A stretch of DNA of 64,000 bases from the NCBI GenBank assembly GCA_004554205.1, contig SFNH01000002.1:765-64764 (forward strand), given 5' to 3'. Both the position numbers and the translations under genes were made by a program. Below, in pieces: positions 30,476 through 40,399 of this stretch (position 1 is the first letter of the stretch; every line of letters begins with the position of its first letter). The stretch comes from Clostridium sp. (lineage in GTDB: Bacteria; Bacillota; Clostridia; Lachnospirales; Lachnospiraceae). The notes beneath the pieces are model-generated. The model worked only from the letters and a program-made list of their open reading frames with translations, searched no databases and was not told the DNA's origin.

Positions 30476-31352
30476 TCGCGGCGAACACCAGTACGCATCC
30501 GATCAGCTCCCGGGCAGACAGCTTCTGACCGAGAAGCACCCAGCCCGCTAAAAGCGAGAACACTGACTCCAGACTCATGATCAGGGATGCGATCGTCGGC
30601 TCGACATCCTTCTGCGCCACGACCTGCAGCGTATAGGCAACGCCGCACGACATCACGCCGGCGTAGAGGATCGGCAGCCACGCCGCGCAGATGTCGCCCC
30701 AGACCGGCTTTTCAAACAGGAACATGAACACGCAGGAAATGACGCCCGCCGTAAAAAACTGTACGCATGAGATCAGGACGCCGTCCGCCTTCGGCGAAAA
30801 ATGGTCAACCGTCAGAATGTGCACCGAAAATACGATGGCACATAAAAACACGAGGAGATCTCCGCGGCCGACGGTAAAATCCCCGGTGACGCACAGAAGG
30901 TACATGCCCACCGCGGCGATCGCGACACTTGCCCAGATATGAAGCCCCACCTTCCTGTGGAGGAACAGCCCGAGAAGCGGCACGATCACGATATAGAGTG
31001 CTGTGATAAAGCCGGCCTTCCCGACCGTCGTCCACGCAATCCCAAACTGCTGCAGGCTGGTCGCCAGACAGAGGAGACAGCCGCAGCAGATACCGCCGAT
31101 GATCCCCGTCCTCTGACGGTTTCTTCTCTCCTCACGGCCCGCGGGCAGACCTGTATTCCCGCCTGACCTTCTTAAGAAAAAGATGCAGGGGATGAGCACC
31201 GCGCCCCCGACGAGAAAGCGGCACCCGTTAAAGGTAAAGGCGCCCACATAATTCATTCCCTCGCTCTGCGCCACAAACGCCACGCCCCAGATAAGGGCCG
31301 TCAGCGTCAGCATCGCGCTGCTTCGTATTGATTTTCTCTTCCTCTCTCCCAT
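30450..31352 (-). CDS. DMT/EamA family transporter
   Basis: [33 protein letters not shown]; 10 TM pattern. Confidence 0.9.
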
Positions 31353-31381
31353 CCTTCGTATCTCCTCCGTCCCTGTCTCTC

Positions 31382-32890
31382 TTACCGTTCCCGAAAGCCC
31401 ACGCTCCGAAGGAAGCGCCCGAACGCTTCCCGTCCATCCGGCGTGCACTTGTAAACGCCCGCATCCTCCAGGACGCGCATAAACACCTTGCCCACCTCAT
31501 TCTGCAAAATGCCGCGGACATTCTCCGCCGTGATCTCACCGTATTTTGGGCGGAATTCGCAGACCCAGTCCGCGTGTTTTTCAAGGAGCGCGTTGCCGCG
31601 GATATCCTTTCCATCCACAATGTATTCGCTGAGCAGGGCGAGCTCGTCCTTCAGTCTTGACGGCAGCACAGCCAGTCCCATCACTTCGATCAGGCCGATA
31701 TTTTCTTTCTTGATGTGGTGCAGCTCCCGGTGTGGATGATAGACGCCAAGCGGAAATTCCTCCGTGGTAATATTGTTGCGGAGCACGAGATCCAGCTCAT
31801 ACTTTTCCCCGTTTTTCCTGGCAATCGGAGTGATCGTGTTGTGCGGCTCCCCGTCCGTCTCCGCGTAGATGAATGCCGCCTCGTCCGTGTAGCCTCTCCA
31901 CGCCCGCAGCACCTTATCGCCCAGGTCGATCAGACGATCCGGATCAAGAGCCCGCAGGCGCAGTACCGACATCGGCCAGCGGACGATGCCCGCCTCCACA
32001 TCCTCAAAGCCCTCCGCCTCATACGCCCTCTCAATCGGCGCCTTTGCCATGGCAAAGGTATAATGTCCGCCCTGGAAATGGTCGTGGCTTAAGATAGATC
32101 CGCCCACGATCGGCAGATCCGCATTCGAGCCGAGGAAATAGTGCGGGAACTGCTTTACAAAATCAAACAGCTTCACGAATGCCGCACGGTCGATCTTCAT
32201 GGGCGTGTGCTGTCCGTTGAACACGATACAGTGCTCATTATAATACACATACGGAGAATACTGGAAGCCCCAGGCGCTGTCATTGACCGTGACGCGGATG
32301 ATGCGGTGGTTGCCGCGCGCCGGGTGATTCAGGCGCCCCGCGTATCCCTCATTTTCCATGCAGAGCAGGCATTTCGGATAGCCGCTCTGCTTTGCGAGCT
32401 TCGCCGCCGCGATCGCCTTCGGATCCTTCTCCGGCTTCGATAAATTGATGGTGATGTCAAGGTCTCCATACGGCGTTTTCGTCACCCACTTTTGATCCTT
32501 ACATACCCGGTATCTGCGGATATAGTCGGAATCCTGGCTCAGCTTATAGAAATAATCGGTCGCCGCGCGCGGCCCGTTTTCCTCATAGATCCGCCAAAAC
32601 GACGCCTCAACCTCCGACGGGCGCGGCATCAGGCAGTTCATCAGCTTCGTGTCAAACAGATCGCGGCAGACAATATTGTCCTCGATCATGCCCTGCTCAC
32701 AGGCATAATCTAAAAGCTCCCTTAAGGTCTCCTCCAGATTGATCTGCGAAAACTCCTCCTCCGGCTCCTCATACTCATCAAGGCGCAGCGCCGCAAGGAG
32801 CTGATTGACCGCGTAGATTCTGTCTCTGTCCGCGATCAGCCCCGTCTCAATCCCATACTGCACAAGCTTCTTAACCGCTTCGTAAACCAT
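31382..32890 (-). CDS. galT: Galactose-1-phosphate uridylyltransferase (type II)
   Basis: ITINLSKPEKDPK, SNADLPIVGGSILSHDHFQGG, HHIKKENIGLIEVMGLAVLP. Confidence 0.95.
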   Translation of the reverse strand: MVYEAVKKLVQYGIETGLIADRDRIYAVNQLLAALRLDEYEEPEEEFSQINLEETLRELLDYACEQGMIEDNIVCRDLFDTKLMNCLMPRPSEVEASFWRIYEENGPRAATDYFYKLSQDSDYIRRYRVCKDQKWVTKTPYGDLDITINLSKPEKDPKAIAAAKLAKQSGYPKCLLCMENEGYAGRLNHPARGNHRIIRVTVNDSAWGFQYSPYVYYNEHCIVFNGQHTPMKIDRAAFVKLFDFVKQFPHYFLGSNADLPIVGGSILSHDHFQGGHYTFAMAKAPIERAYEAEGFEDVEAGIVRWPMSVLRLRALDPDRLIDLGDKVLRAWRGYTDEAAFIYAETDGEPHNTITPIARKNGEKYELDLVLRNNITTEEFPLGVYHPHRELHHIKKENIGLIEVMGLAVLPSRLKDELALLSEYIVDGKDIRGNALLEKHADWVCEFRPKYGEITAENVRGILQNEVGKVFMRVLEDAGVYKCTPDGREAFGRFLRSVGFRER

Positions 32891-32923
32891 TTCCCTCTCC
32901 CCTTTTCCTTTATTGGTACCGCT

Positions 32924-33451
32924 TTAAACGCGGCGTATGACCGGCGTGATCCGCTCCACCACCATACCGCCGAGGATCCCTATGACTGCGCCGGTAATTA
33001 CGCCCGCGACGAGAAGCACGGGCAGATACGAAAACACGCCGCCGGTTCCCGTAATATAGGCCGCCATCGTGAGCTGCCCGATATTGTGGAAAATGCCGCC
33101 GAGAATGCTGACGCCTGTCTTCCCAAACCATCCGCATTTCTTCGCCAAAATCATCGCCGCCAGGCTGAACACACCGCCCGCAAGCGCATACATCATACTG
33201 CCCGGGTTGCTGAAGGTAAAGCCAACCAGCACGATGCGCACCAGGGCGACCGCCGCCGTCCCCGCCGCGCCTACCGTATAGAGCCCCACCACATTTACAA
33301 GATTCGCCAGTCCCAGCTTGATTCCCGGTATCGGTACCGGGAACGGTATCATCGCCTCCACATAGCTGAATATAAATGCCAGGGCGATCAAAAGTCCGTA
33401 AAGCGCCACAGTTCCCGCCAGATGACGGCTGTCTCGGTTTTGCCTGCTCAT
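32924..33451 (-). CDS. Gx transporter family (heptaprenyl diphosphate synthase component I-like) membrane protein
   Basis: SYVEAMIP, PGIKLGLAN, GGIFHNIGQL. Confidence 0.85.
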   Translation of the reverse strand: MSRQNRDSRHLAGTVALYGLLIALAFIFSYVEAMIPFPVPIPGIKLGLANLVNVVGLYTVGAAGTAAVALVRIVLVGFTFSNPGSMMYALAGGVFSLAAMILAKKCGWFGKTGVSILGGIFHNIGQLTMAAYITGTGGVFSYLPVLLVAGVITGAVIGILGGMVVERITPVIRRV

Positions 33452-33484
33452 AACTGTCGTTCTCCTTTTCCTCGCCGTCGGCAT

Positions 33485-33513
33485 TTGACATCCCTTCCTG
33501 TCTGTGTTATAGT
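33485..33513 (+). promoter_or_regulatory. Sigma-A promoter of the NusG-II gene
   Basis: TTGACA, 17 bp, extended TGtTATAGT. Confidence 0.7.
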
Positions 33514-33590
33514 GTCAGATATATTCTGTTCCCGGCTCGCTTAAACTTAAGTATACCATTTCCGGCTTATTTTAGAAAGAGGTTATTCCC

Positions 33591-33941
33591 ATGAAAAATA
33601 AAAAAAAGGACCTGATCCTGGTTCTTATCATCTTAGCAGTCGCCGCCTGTGGGTTTTTCATCAACTATATGACGCACAAAAAGCCCGCGGCGTGGGTGGA
33701 GGTCTCCGTGGACTCCGAGGTGGTCGCCACCTTCGATCTCTCAAAGGACGTCGATACCGTCATCGAGGGCTACGGCGGCGGAACAAACCACCTGATCATA
33801 AAGGACGGCGTCATGTGGATCAGCGAGGCGAGCTGCCCCGATAAGGTCTGCATCCATCAGGGACGCATCTCCATGAACGGAGAGCTCGTCGTCTGCCTCC
33901 CCAACCGCATGATCGCAAAGATCGTGGCGCCGGAAGATTAA
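33591..33941 (+). CDS. NusG domain II-containing protein
   Basis: N-terminal TM, ASCPDKVCIHQG and VCLPNR motifs. Confidence 0.88.
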   Translation: MKNKKKDLILVLIILAVAACGFFINYMTHKKPAAWVEVSVDSEVVATFDLSKDVDTVIEGYGGGTNHLIIKDGVMWISEASCPDKVCIHQGRISMNGELVVCLPNRMIAKIVAPED

Positions 33942-33978
33942 ACGGAGATGCCTGCCGGTGCGGACATCCCCGTTTTTT
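33941..33978. terminator. Terminator between the NusG-II gene and metK
   Basis: aacggagatg...catccccgtt-tttt. Confidence 0.6.
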
Positions 33979-33995
33979 AATGTTATTTATCTTCT

Positions 33996-35186
33996 CTACC
34001 TCAAGTACGACTTCAGCATTTCCGCCTTATCGACCTTCTCCCACGGAAGGTCAAGGTCGGTCCGCCCGAAATGGCCGTAGGCTGAGGTCTGTCTGTAGAT
34101 CGGGCGCCTTAAATCCAGCATCTTAATGATTCCCGCCGGACGAAGATCAAAGTTTTCGCGGATAATCTCCACCAGCTTTTCATTGCTGAGCTTCCCGGTT
34201 CCAAAGGTGTCCACCGTCACAGAGGTCGGATGCGCCACGCCGATGGCGTAGGAGAGCTGAATCTCACACTTGTCCGCCAGACCTGCCGCAACGATATTCT
34301 TTGCCACATAGCGGGCCGCATACGCCGCGGAGCGATCCACCTTCGTGCAGTCCTTCCCCGAGAATGCTCCGCCGCCGTGACGCGCATAGCCGCCGTAGGT
34401 GTCCACGATGATCTTCCTCCCGGTCAATCCGCTGTCACCGCGCGGCCCGCCGATCACGAAGCGCCCCGTCGGGTTGATGAAAAATTTCGTCTTCGCATCT
34501 ACCATTTCCTTCGGCAAAATCACGTCAAACACATACTTTTTGATGTCCGCATGAATCTGCTCCTGGCTTACATTCTCATCATGCTGCGTGGAGAGCACCA
34601 CCGCATCGAGACGGGCCGGACGCCCTGTCTCATCATACTCCACCGTCACCTGGGTCTTCCCGTCCGGACGAAGGTAAGGAAGCGTGCCGTCCTTGCGCAC
34701 CTTCGTAAGCTGTCTTGCCAGCTTGTGTGCCAGCGCGATCGGATACGGCATATACTCCTCCGTCTCATTGCTGGCAAAGCCAAACATCATGCCCTGGTCT
34801 CCGGCGCCGATCGCGTCGAGTTCGCTGTCGTCCATGGCATTTTCCTTTACCTCGAGCGCCTTGTCGACGCCGAGCGCGATGTCCGCGGACTGCTCGTCAA
34901 GCGCCACGATCACGCCGCAGGTATCGCAGTCAAAGCCGTATTTTGCGCGGTCATAGCCGATCTCCCGGATGGTCTCACGAACAATATTCTGGATATCCAC
35001 ATACGCATTCGTGGAAATCTCGCCCATCACCATCACAAGGCCCGTCGTAACGCAGGTCTCGCAGGCGACACGGCTCATGGGATCCTTCGCCACCAGCGCG
35101 TCAAGTATCGCGTCGGAAATCGCATCACACATCTTGTCCGGATGTCCCTCTGTCACGGACTCCGAAGTAAACAGTAACTTTTCCAT
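33996..35186 (-). CDS. metK: S-adenosylmethionine synthetase
   Basis: [36 protein letters not shown]. Confidence 0.98.
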   Translation of the reverse strand: MEKLLFTSESVTEGHPDKMCDAISDAILDALVAKDPMSRVACETCVTTGLVMVMGEISTNAYVDIQNIVRETIREIGYDRAKYGFDCDTCGVIVALDEQSADIALGVDKALEVKENAMDDSELDAIGAGDQGMMFGFASNETEEYMPYPIALAHKLARQLTKVRKDGTLPYLRPDGKTQVTVEYDETGRPARLDAVVLSTQHDENVSQEQIHADIKKYVFDVILPKEMVDAKTKFFINPTGRFVIGGPRGDSGLTGRKIIVDTYGGYARHGGGAFSGKDCTKVDRSAAYAARYVAKNIVAAGLADKCEIQLSYAIGVAHPTSVTVDTFGTGKLSNEKLVEIIRENFDLRPAGIIKMLDLRRPIYRQTSAYGHFGRTDLDLPWEKVDKAEMLKSYLR

Positions 35187-35219
35187 CACAGTTCCTCCTT
35201 TGAAATTTTAAATGTCTAC

Positions 35220-35246
35220 GCAACTGTTCAGCACCTTCACAGTCAC
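35220..35246. repeat. Left half-end of an E/F-type element (between murA and metK)
   Basis: GCAACTGTTCAGCACCTTCACAGTCAC versus 28878 GTAACTGTTCAGTACCTTCACAGTTAC (3 mismatches in 27). Confidence 0.8.
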
Positions 35247-35273
35247 ATATCTGCACCGCAAAAGCCGTCAGGC

Positions 35274-36566
35274 TCATCCGATCTTTAAGCGGAACTTCTG
35301 CGCCGCCTTCTCGGAATCCACGATCTCGATCAGCGCCCCGAGTCCCTGAAGCTTTTCCTCAAACTTCTCATAGCCGCGCTGGATATAGCCGATCTCATCT
35401 ACCACCGTATATCCGCTCGCGGAAAGTCCCGCAAGTACAAGGGCCGCGCCCGCGCGCAGATCCGGGGACTCCACCTGAGCCCCGGTAAATTCCTTCACGC
35501 CGTCGATCACGGCCACATTGCCCTCAACCTTGATGTTTCCGCCCATGCGTGCGAGCTCGTCAACATACTTAAACCGGTTCTCAAAAATGCTCTCGGTGAT
35601 CATGCTGGTGCCCTCCGCAAGCGCCAGCGTGACAGCCATCTGCGGCTGCATATCCGTCGGGAAGCCGGGATAAGGCAGGGTCTTGATGTTTGTGGAGGTC
35701 TGACGCGGTTTCCCCACCACGCGCACCTCGTCATCGCCCTCGATAACCTCACAGCCGATCTCGATCAGCTTCGCGGAAATCGCCTCCAAATGCTTCGGAA
35801 TCACATTTTTCACGGTAATGTCGCCGCGGGTGATCGCTGCGGCGCACATAAACGTGCCGGCTTCAATCTGATCCGGAATGATCGAATACTCGGTCCCGTG
35901 GAGCCTGCTCACGCCGCGGATGCGGATGATATCCGTCCCGGCGCCCTTGATATTGGCTCCCATGCTGTTTAAAAAGTTTGCAACATCAACGACATGGGGC
36001 TCCTTCGCGGCATTCTCAATCGTCGTCTGCCCCTCAGCAAGACACGCCGCCATCATAATGTTGATCGTCGCGCCCACCGAGACCACGTCGAGATAAATGT
36101 GACTGCCCACCAGGTCAATGGCATGCGCGATCACCGCCCCGCGCTCAATCTCTATCTTCGCGCCAAGGGCGCGGAAGCCCTTTAAATGCTGGTCAATGGG
36201 CCTGCTTCCGATATTGCAGCCGCCTGGCAGAGGAACCTCTGCGCTCTTGTATTTTCCAAGCAGCGCACCGATAAAATAGTAGGATGCGCGGATCTTGCGG
36301 ATATACTCATCATCCACGGATACCCCGCGGATCGTGGAGGCATTGATCCGTACCGTGTGCTGGTCGAGCCGCTCCACGGTCGCGCCAATCTCCTGAATCG
36401 CCTCAAGAAGCACGTTGATATCGCGCACATCCGGCAGATTTTCAACAATCACATCATCGTCTGTCATAATCGCGGCAGCCAGAATACCGAGCGCGGCATT
36501 CTTTGCCCCGCCGATCACGACATCGCCGACCAGCGGATTCCCGCCTTTTATAATAAACTGATTCAT
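35274..36566 (-). CDS. murA: UDP-N-acetylglucosamine 1-carboxyvinyltransferase
   Basis: GAKNAAL, LPGGCNIGSRPIDQH, SVGATIN, PGFPTDMQ, DLRAGAAL. Confidence 0.96.
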   Translation of the reverse strand: MNQFIIKGGNPLVGDVVIGGAKNAALGILAAAIMTDDDVIVENLPDVRDINVLLEAIQEIGATVERLDQHTVRINASTIRGVSVDDEYIRKIRASYYFIGALLGKYKSAEVPLPGGCNIGSRPIDQHLKGFRALGAKIEIERGAVIAHAIDLVGSHIYLDVVSVGATINIMMAACLAEGQTTIENAAKEPHVVDVANFLNSMGANIKGAGTDIIRIRGVSRLHGTEYSIIPDQIEAGTFMCAAAITRGDITVKNVIPKHLEAISAKLIEIGCEVIEGDDEVRVVGKPRQTSTNIKTLPYPGFPTDMQPQMAVTLALAEGTSMITESIFENRFKYVDELARMGGNIKVEGNVAVIDGVKEFTGAQVESPDLRAGAALVLAGLSASGYTVVDEIGYIQRGYEKFEEKLQGLGALIEIVDSEKAAQKFRLKIG

Positions 36567-36607
36567 CCCACACCTCTAAAAACCGTTTAGGATTAATTTT
36601 GATTTTC

Positions 36608-36636
36608 GTAAATGCGCAGACCTACTGAACAGTTAC
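36608..36636. repeat. Right half-end of an E/F-type element (murA leader)
   Basis: GTAAATGCGCAGACCTACTGAACAGTTAC identical to 28982-29010. Confidence 0.88.
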
Positions 36637-36660
36637 CAATTTTCTTAATAATCCTTAATG

Positions 36661-36688
36661 ATTATACCACAATAATCTGATTTGTAAA
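36661..36688 (-). promoter_or_regulatory. Sigma-A promoter of murA
   Basis: TTTACA, 16 bp, extended TGgTATAAT. Confidence 0.65.
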
Positions 36689-36698
36689 GGGAAAGGAA

Positions 36699-39167
36699 TC
36701 AACGCAGCCGCACCGCGCAGATAAAATCATTCCCGCGCACCCGGAAATACTCCGTGGTGTCATTTAAGCCGGACTTATGGGTCTCGCCTGTGGACGGGTC
36801 ATACAGCATGACATTGTACTGGTCATAACCGCAGAGTAGCAGATACTGTCCCTCACCGACATAACCAAGAACCGGGATGCCCTGATCGATAAAATAAAGC
36901 ATCTGCATCATGGAGCAGCCGCGCCCGTCAAACATCACCACACCATCGCCGAAGCTTCTGCTGGCGGTAAATTCATCGAGGTGGCGTCCCACAGGGGCAA
37001 ACGCAACTGCCGGATCCCTGATCACCTTTCTGTTGCCGCGATTTACCCGGTTCCAGAGAATCCTCCGGTTCTCATCGGTCACAAACCCCATCTTCCCGTA
37101 AGCCGCCTGCAATGCCTCTGTAAAGTCCATAGTAATCTTCTGAAGATGTCCTCCCCCGTACGCGTAGAATTTCATTCCCTGCACCTGGAAATTGGATTTT
37201 AACTCCAGAACATTCGACTCCTCAAAGCTCACACGCTTCGGCGCCGCCGCGCGCACTTCCCAGCTCGAGCGCACCTCCTGACCCAGCTGCACAAAATACA
37301 GCTTGCCCTTATCCTGCGAGGCGTACCAGCCGATCCCGTCAAGCCTGCCCAGGCCCATATCCGCATTACACACAATGGTATCATCCTGCGCCCCCGCATA
37401 CTGATGCTCCGAAATTTTCGTCGCCCGGCTCAGGTGGATACGGCTTCCCTCCACCTGCACACCGGAAATATAGTATCCGTCCTTCTCGTAGCTGGTCTCC
37501 TCCTCCATCCTGTCATTGATGATCTTTACGCTGCGCATGGGCAGCTCTTCCACTCTGCCGTTGATGATCCATGCATCCTCTTCTCTCGCAACGCCGTAGA
37601 CAAAATCTCTTCCGACAAAGCCCAGGGTGCGCACGCACTCGTCCGGAGCTCCCGTGAGCGCCTGATTTTCTCCCGTCTCCAGATTCATCAGGTTCACCGT
37701 CTTCGAATCGTACCGCTTTCCGCCCTCCTGCCACGCGATCAGGCGCTTATCGCTGCTGACGGCAAAGGCGCCCTCCTCCAGCGCGTCGGCGATCACCATG
37801 CTCTCCCGGCTCTTAAGATCAATCCCATAGACCGCGTGATCCACATACAGATAGAGCATTCCCGCGCCGGTCTGGCAGGTGAAGCGGGTAAGGTCATCCT
37901 CAAGCGCCTCAAAGGAGCCGTAATAGGGAATATAGTAAAGTTCCTCCAGCGCATTTTCATTCGCTCGGTAGCGGTAACCCGCAATCCCCATCTGCCCCTC
38001 ATGGTTTCCCCGGTTCATATAGCCAAACACCATAAAATCTATGTCTCCGGTGTCCTCCACCGCGAGAATGCGGATATCATGCTCACCGTAATTATTGCGG
38101 ACATCATTCATATTTCTGTCGCGGAAGGAGAAAACCCTGACCGCCTGCCGCTCCCCCTGCATATAGCTCCACAGATCCCGGTTCGTGCGGTAAGCGATCA
38201 CCTCGCCCTTCGGGCTCTGCACCGCCTCCACCTTATCATCATTCGTGATGCCGAGCATGATCCTCTTTCCGACAAAGTCACTCCGCTCTCCCTGAAATAC
38301 CTGATCGACCTCACGCTCATAATCCATCATATAAGTCCGGGTCTCGTTCCATTTCATAGTGAAATTTTCTTCAACCTCATATATTTCAGTGCCCTTCTCC
38401 CCTTCCCTCGACGCCATGTAGGAAAGCTGAACGCAGCACATGATTCCGTCGAGCTCCTTAAGCCTTACCTGGACCTCGCCCATGGGCTGCATCTTAAGCT
38501 TCCCCCAGGTGAGCTGGGAAAAGCTTGACCGGATTGAGGTGTGGCCGAAAGAGCTGTTGTCCTCCGTCGCACTGGTCTCCAGGTAGGTTACGAGCTCCCG
38601 CGCCTGCTCATAGTCGAAGGTGCGGGCAGAGAAATCCACCGCCAGATCGACCATGGACTGCGCCGCCGCCCCATCCGCCCACAAAATCCGGGTATAGTAA
38701 TACACCACTCCGTGCTGCTTTGTATCGAGCTGCAGGCGCAGCAGATATTCTTTCCCCTTCGTCAGAAGATTCTGAATCGGCAGAACGATCCGGATACCGT
38801 CCTCTGTCTGCACCCGCTCATCCACGCGGGTGCTCTCCACAAGGCGCTCCCGGTCCATGCTGCGAATCTCGTAGCTGATGGCGTTCACAGCGCCTCCCCG
38901 GATCTTTACCGCTAACGCCCGATCCTCCGGCAGCAGCGTTAAGCTGTCCCCCGCCACATCATTTCCCATCTCCTGGCGGTAGCCCGGCATCCGGTTCATA
39001 TCCCGCCCGAACATCTCCACCGTCACCACAGGGAGAGACGCCTCCCCCATATCCACATAGGCGGATTCCGCTTTCCTGTTTAAATTCCTGCCCGCGAAAA
39101 AGAACAGCAACAGCGCCGCCGCAAAAATAACAAATAAAATTCCGACCCTTTTTATGATCCGATTCAT
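36699..39167 (-). CDS. Large membrane-anchored hypothetical protein (822 aa)
   Basis: Long ORF with one N-terminal TM; beta-rich middle; no family confidently recognised. Confidence 0.75.
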   Translation of the reverse strand: MNRIIKRVGILFVIFAAALLLFFFAGRNLNRKAESAYVDMGEASLPVVTVEMFGRDMNRMPGYRQEMGNDVAGDSLTLLPEDRALAVKIRGGAVNAISYEIRSMDRERLVESTRVDERVQTEDGIRIVLPIQNLLTKGKEYLLRLQLDTKQHGVVYYYTRILWADGAAAQSMVDLAVDFSARTFDYEQARELVTYLETSATEDNSSFGHTSIRSSFSQLTWGKLKMQPMGEVQVRLKELDGIMCCVQLSYMASREGEKGTEIYEVEENFTMKWNETRTYMMDYEREVDQVFQGERSDFVGKRIMLGITNDDKVEAVQSPKGEVIAYRTNRDLWSYMQGERQAVRVFSFRDRNMNDVRNNYGEHDIRILAVEDTGDIDFMVFGYMNRGNHEGQMGIAGYRYRANENALEELYYIPYYGSFEALEDDLTRFTCQTGAGMLYLYVDHAVYGIDLKSRESMVIADALEEGAFAVSSDKRLIAWQEGGKRYDSKTVNLMNLETGENQALTGAPDECVRTLGFVGRDFVYGVAREEDAWIINGRVEELPMRSVKIINDRMEEETSYEKDGYYISGVQVEGSRIHLSRATKISEHQYAGAQDDTIVCNADMGLGRLDGIGWYASQDKGKLYFVQLGQEVRSSWEVRAAAPKRVSFEESNVLELKSNFQVQGMKFYAYGGGHLQKITMDFTEALQAAYGKMGFVTDENRRILWNRVNRGNRKVIRDPAVAFAPVGRHLDEFTASRSFGDGVVMFDGRGCSMMQMLYFIDQGIPVLGYVGEGQYLLLCGYDQYNVMLYDPSTGETHKSGLNDTTEYFRVRGNDFICAVRLR

Positions 39168-39261
39168 CCTGCCAACACCTTAATATCCTGTCTCTCGTTT
39201 GCCTGTAACTTTATTTTATCGTCTTTTCCGGTAAACTACAACCAAATTTTTTATTTTTTTG

Positions 39262-39290
39262 TTGCAATATCGGGAAACATCCGTTATAAT
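39262..39290 (+). promoter_or_regulatory. Sigma-A promoter of the DUF5688 gene
   Basis: TTGCAA, 17 bp, TATAAT. Confidence 0.7.
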
Positions 39291-39403
39291 AGATATACCA
39301 TTTCTAGGATTCGGACATTCACAGGTTTTCATTATTCATCAGAATTATGTCCCCTGCGTGTCAAGACCGTGATTTAAGTAATATATGACAAAGGAGGTAT
39401 ACA

Positions 39404-40366
39404 ATGGTATACGAGACATTTCTGCAAACGATCACCGACCGCTTACAGGCCGATCTGGGGGAGGAGTATCAGTTTACCCTGCGTCCGCTCCCGAAAAACA
39501 ACGGCGTCACCCTCGACGGGCTGACCATACAAGGGCCCGGCGCCCCGCTTGCCCCAACAATCTATTTAAACCCCTACTATGAGCAGCACAGGCGCGGCAT
39601 GGGCATGGATGAGATCCTCGCGGATATCCTGCGGCTTTACCGCTCAACGCCGCCGCCGGAAAGCCTCTCCGCGGAGGATATCGACTGCTTTGACAGACTG
39701 AAAAAAAAGGTTATGTTCCGCGTGGTGCACACCGCTTCCAACAAGACGCTCCTCAAGGATGTGCCGAGCATTCCCTATCTGGATCTGTCCATCATTTTCT
39801 ATCTCGCCCTGGAGCGGAACGAATCCGGGCAGATGACGGCGCTCATCCACAACGACCACATAAAACAGTGGAATATAACCGCAAATGGTTTGTGGAAGCT
39901 TGCCAGGAACAACACGCCGCGGGAATATCCCGCCGAGATCCGCAGCATGGCCGATACGATGAAGGAGATCGCGCGGGAGAACCTGGGCGAATCCTATGAC
40001 GAGGAATATTTTGACCGGCTGCTCGGAGTGGAGGAGAGCATCTCGCCGCTCTATGTCCTCTCCAACGTAAACGGGCTTTACGGCGCCGGCTGCATGATCT
40101 ACCGGAACACATTAAAAGACTTCGCAGACAGCCTGGGCAGGGATTTAGTTCTCCTGCCGTCCAGCATCCACGAAGTCCTGCTGACCCCGGATTCCCCGGA
40201 GCTTTCGTATGAAAATTTAAGCGAGATGGTTGCTTCCATAAACCGCCAGGAGGTTCCCATGGAAGATCAGCTCTCCAATCAGGTGTATTTATACACCCGA
40301 AATGACGACCGGCTCCGGATCGTGTCCCACGCCATGAATGCCGTGGGCGCCGCGGCGCTGTCCTGA
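39404..40366 (+). CDS. DUF5688 family protein
   Basis: KNNGVTLDGL, APTIYL, YVLSN...GA, LPSSIHEV, LSNQVYLY; AAGGAGG RBS. Confidence 0.8.
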   Translation: MVYETFLQTITDRLQADLGEEYQFTLRPLPKNNGVTLDGLTIQGPGAPLAPTIYLNPYYEQHRRGMGMDEILADILRLYRSTPPPESLSAEDIDCFDRLKKKVMFRVVHTASNKTLLKDVPSIPYLDLSIIFYLALERNESGQMTALIHNDHIKQWNITANGLWKLARNNTPREYPAEIRSMADTMKEIARENLGESYDEEYFDRLLGVEESISPLYVLSNVNGLYGAGCMIYRNTLKDFADSLGRDLVLLPSSIHEVLLTPDSPELSYENLSEMVASINRQEVPMEDQLSNQVYLYTRNDDRLRIVSHAMNAVGAAALS

Positions 40367-40399
40367 CGGCAAACGCCCGCTGTATACCTGAACTGCCGC

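Noticed and set aside
35190..35273. SAM riboswitch upstream of metK
   Set aside because: The gap is about 85 bp with no S-box core; it holds only a repeat half-end.
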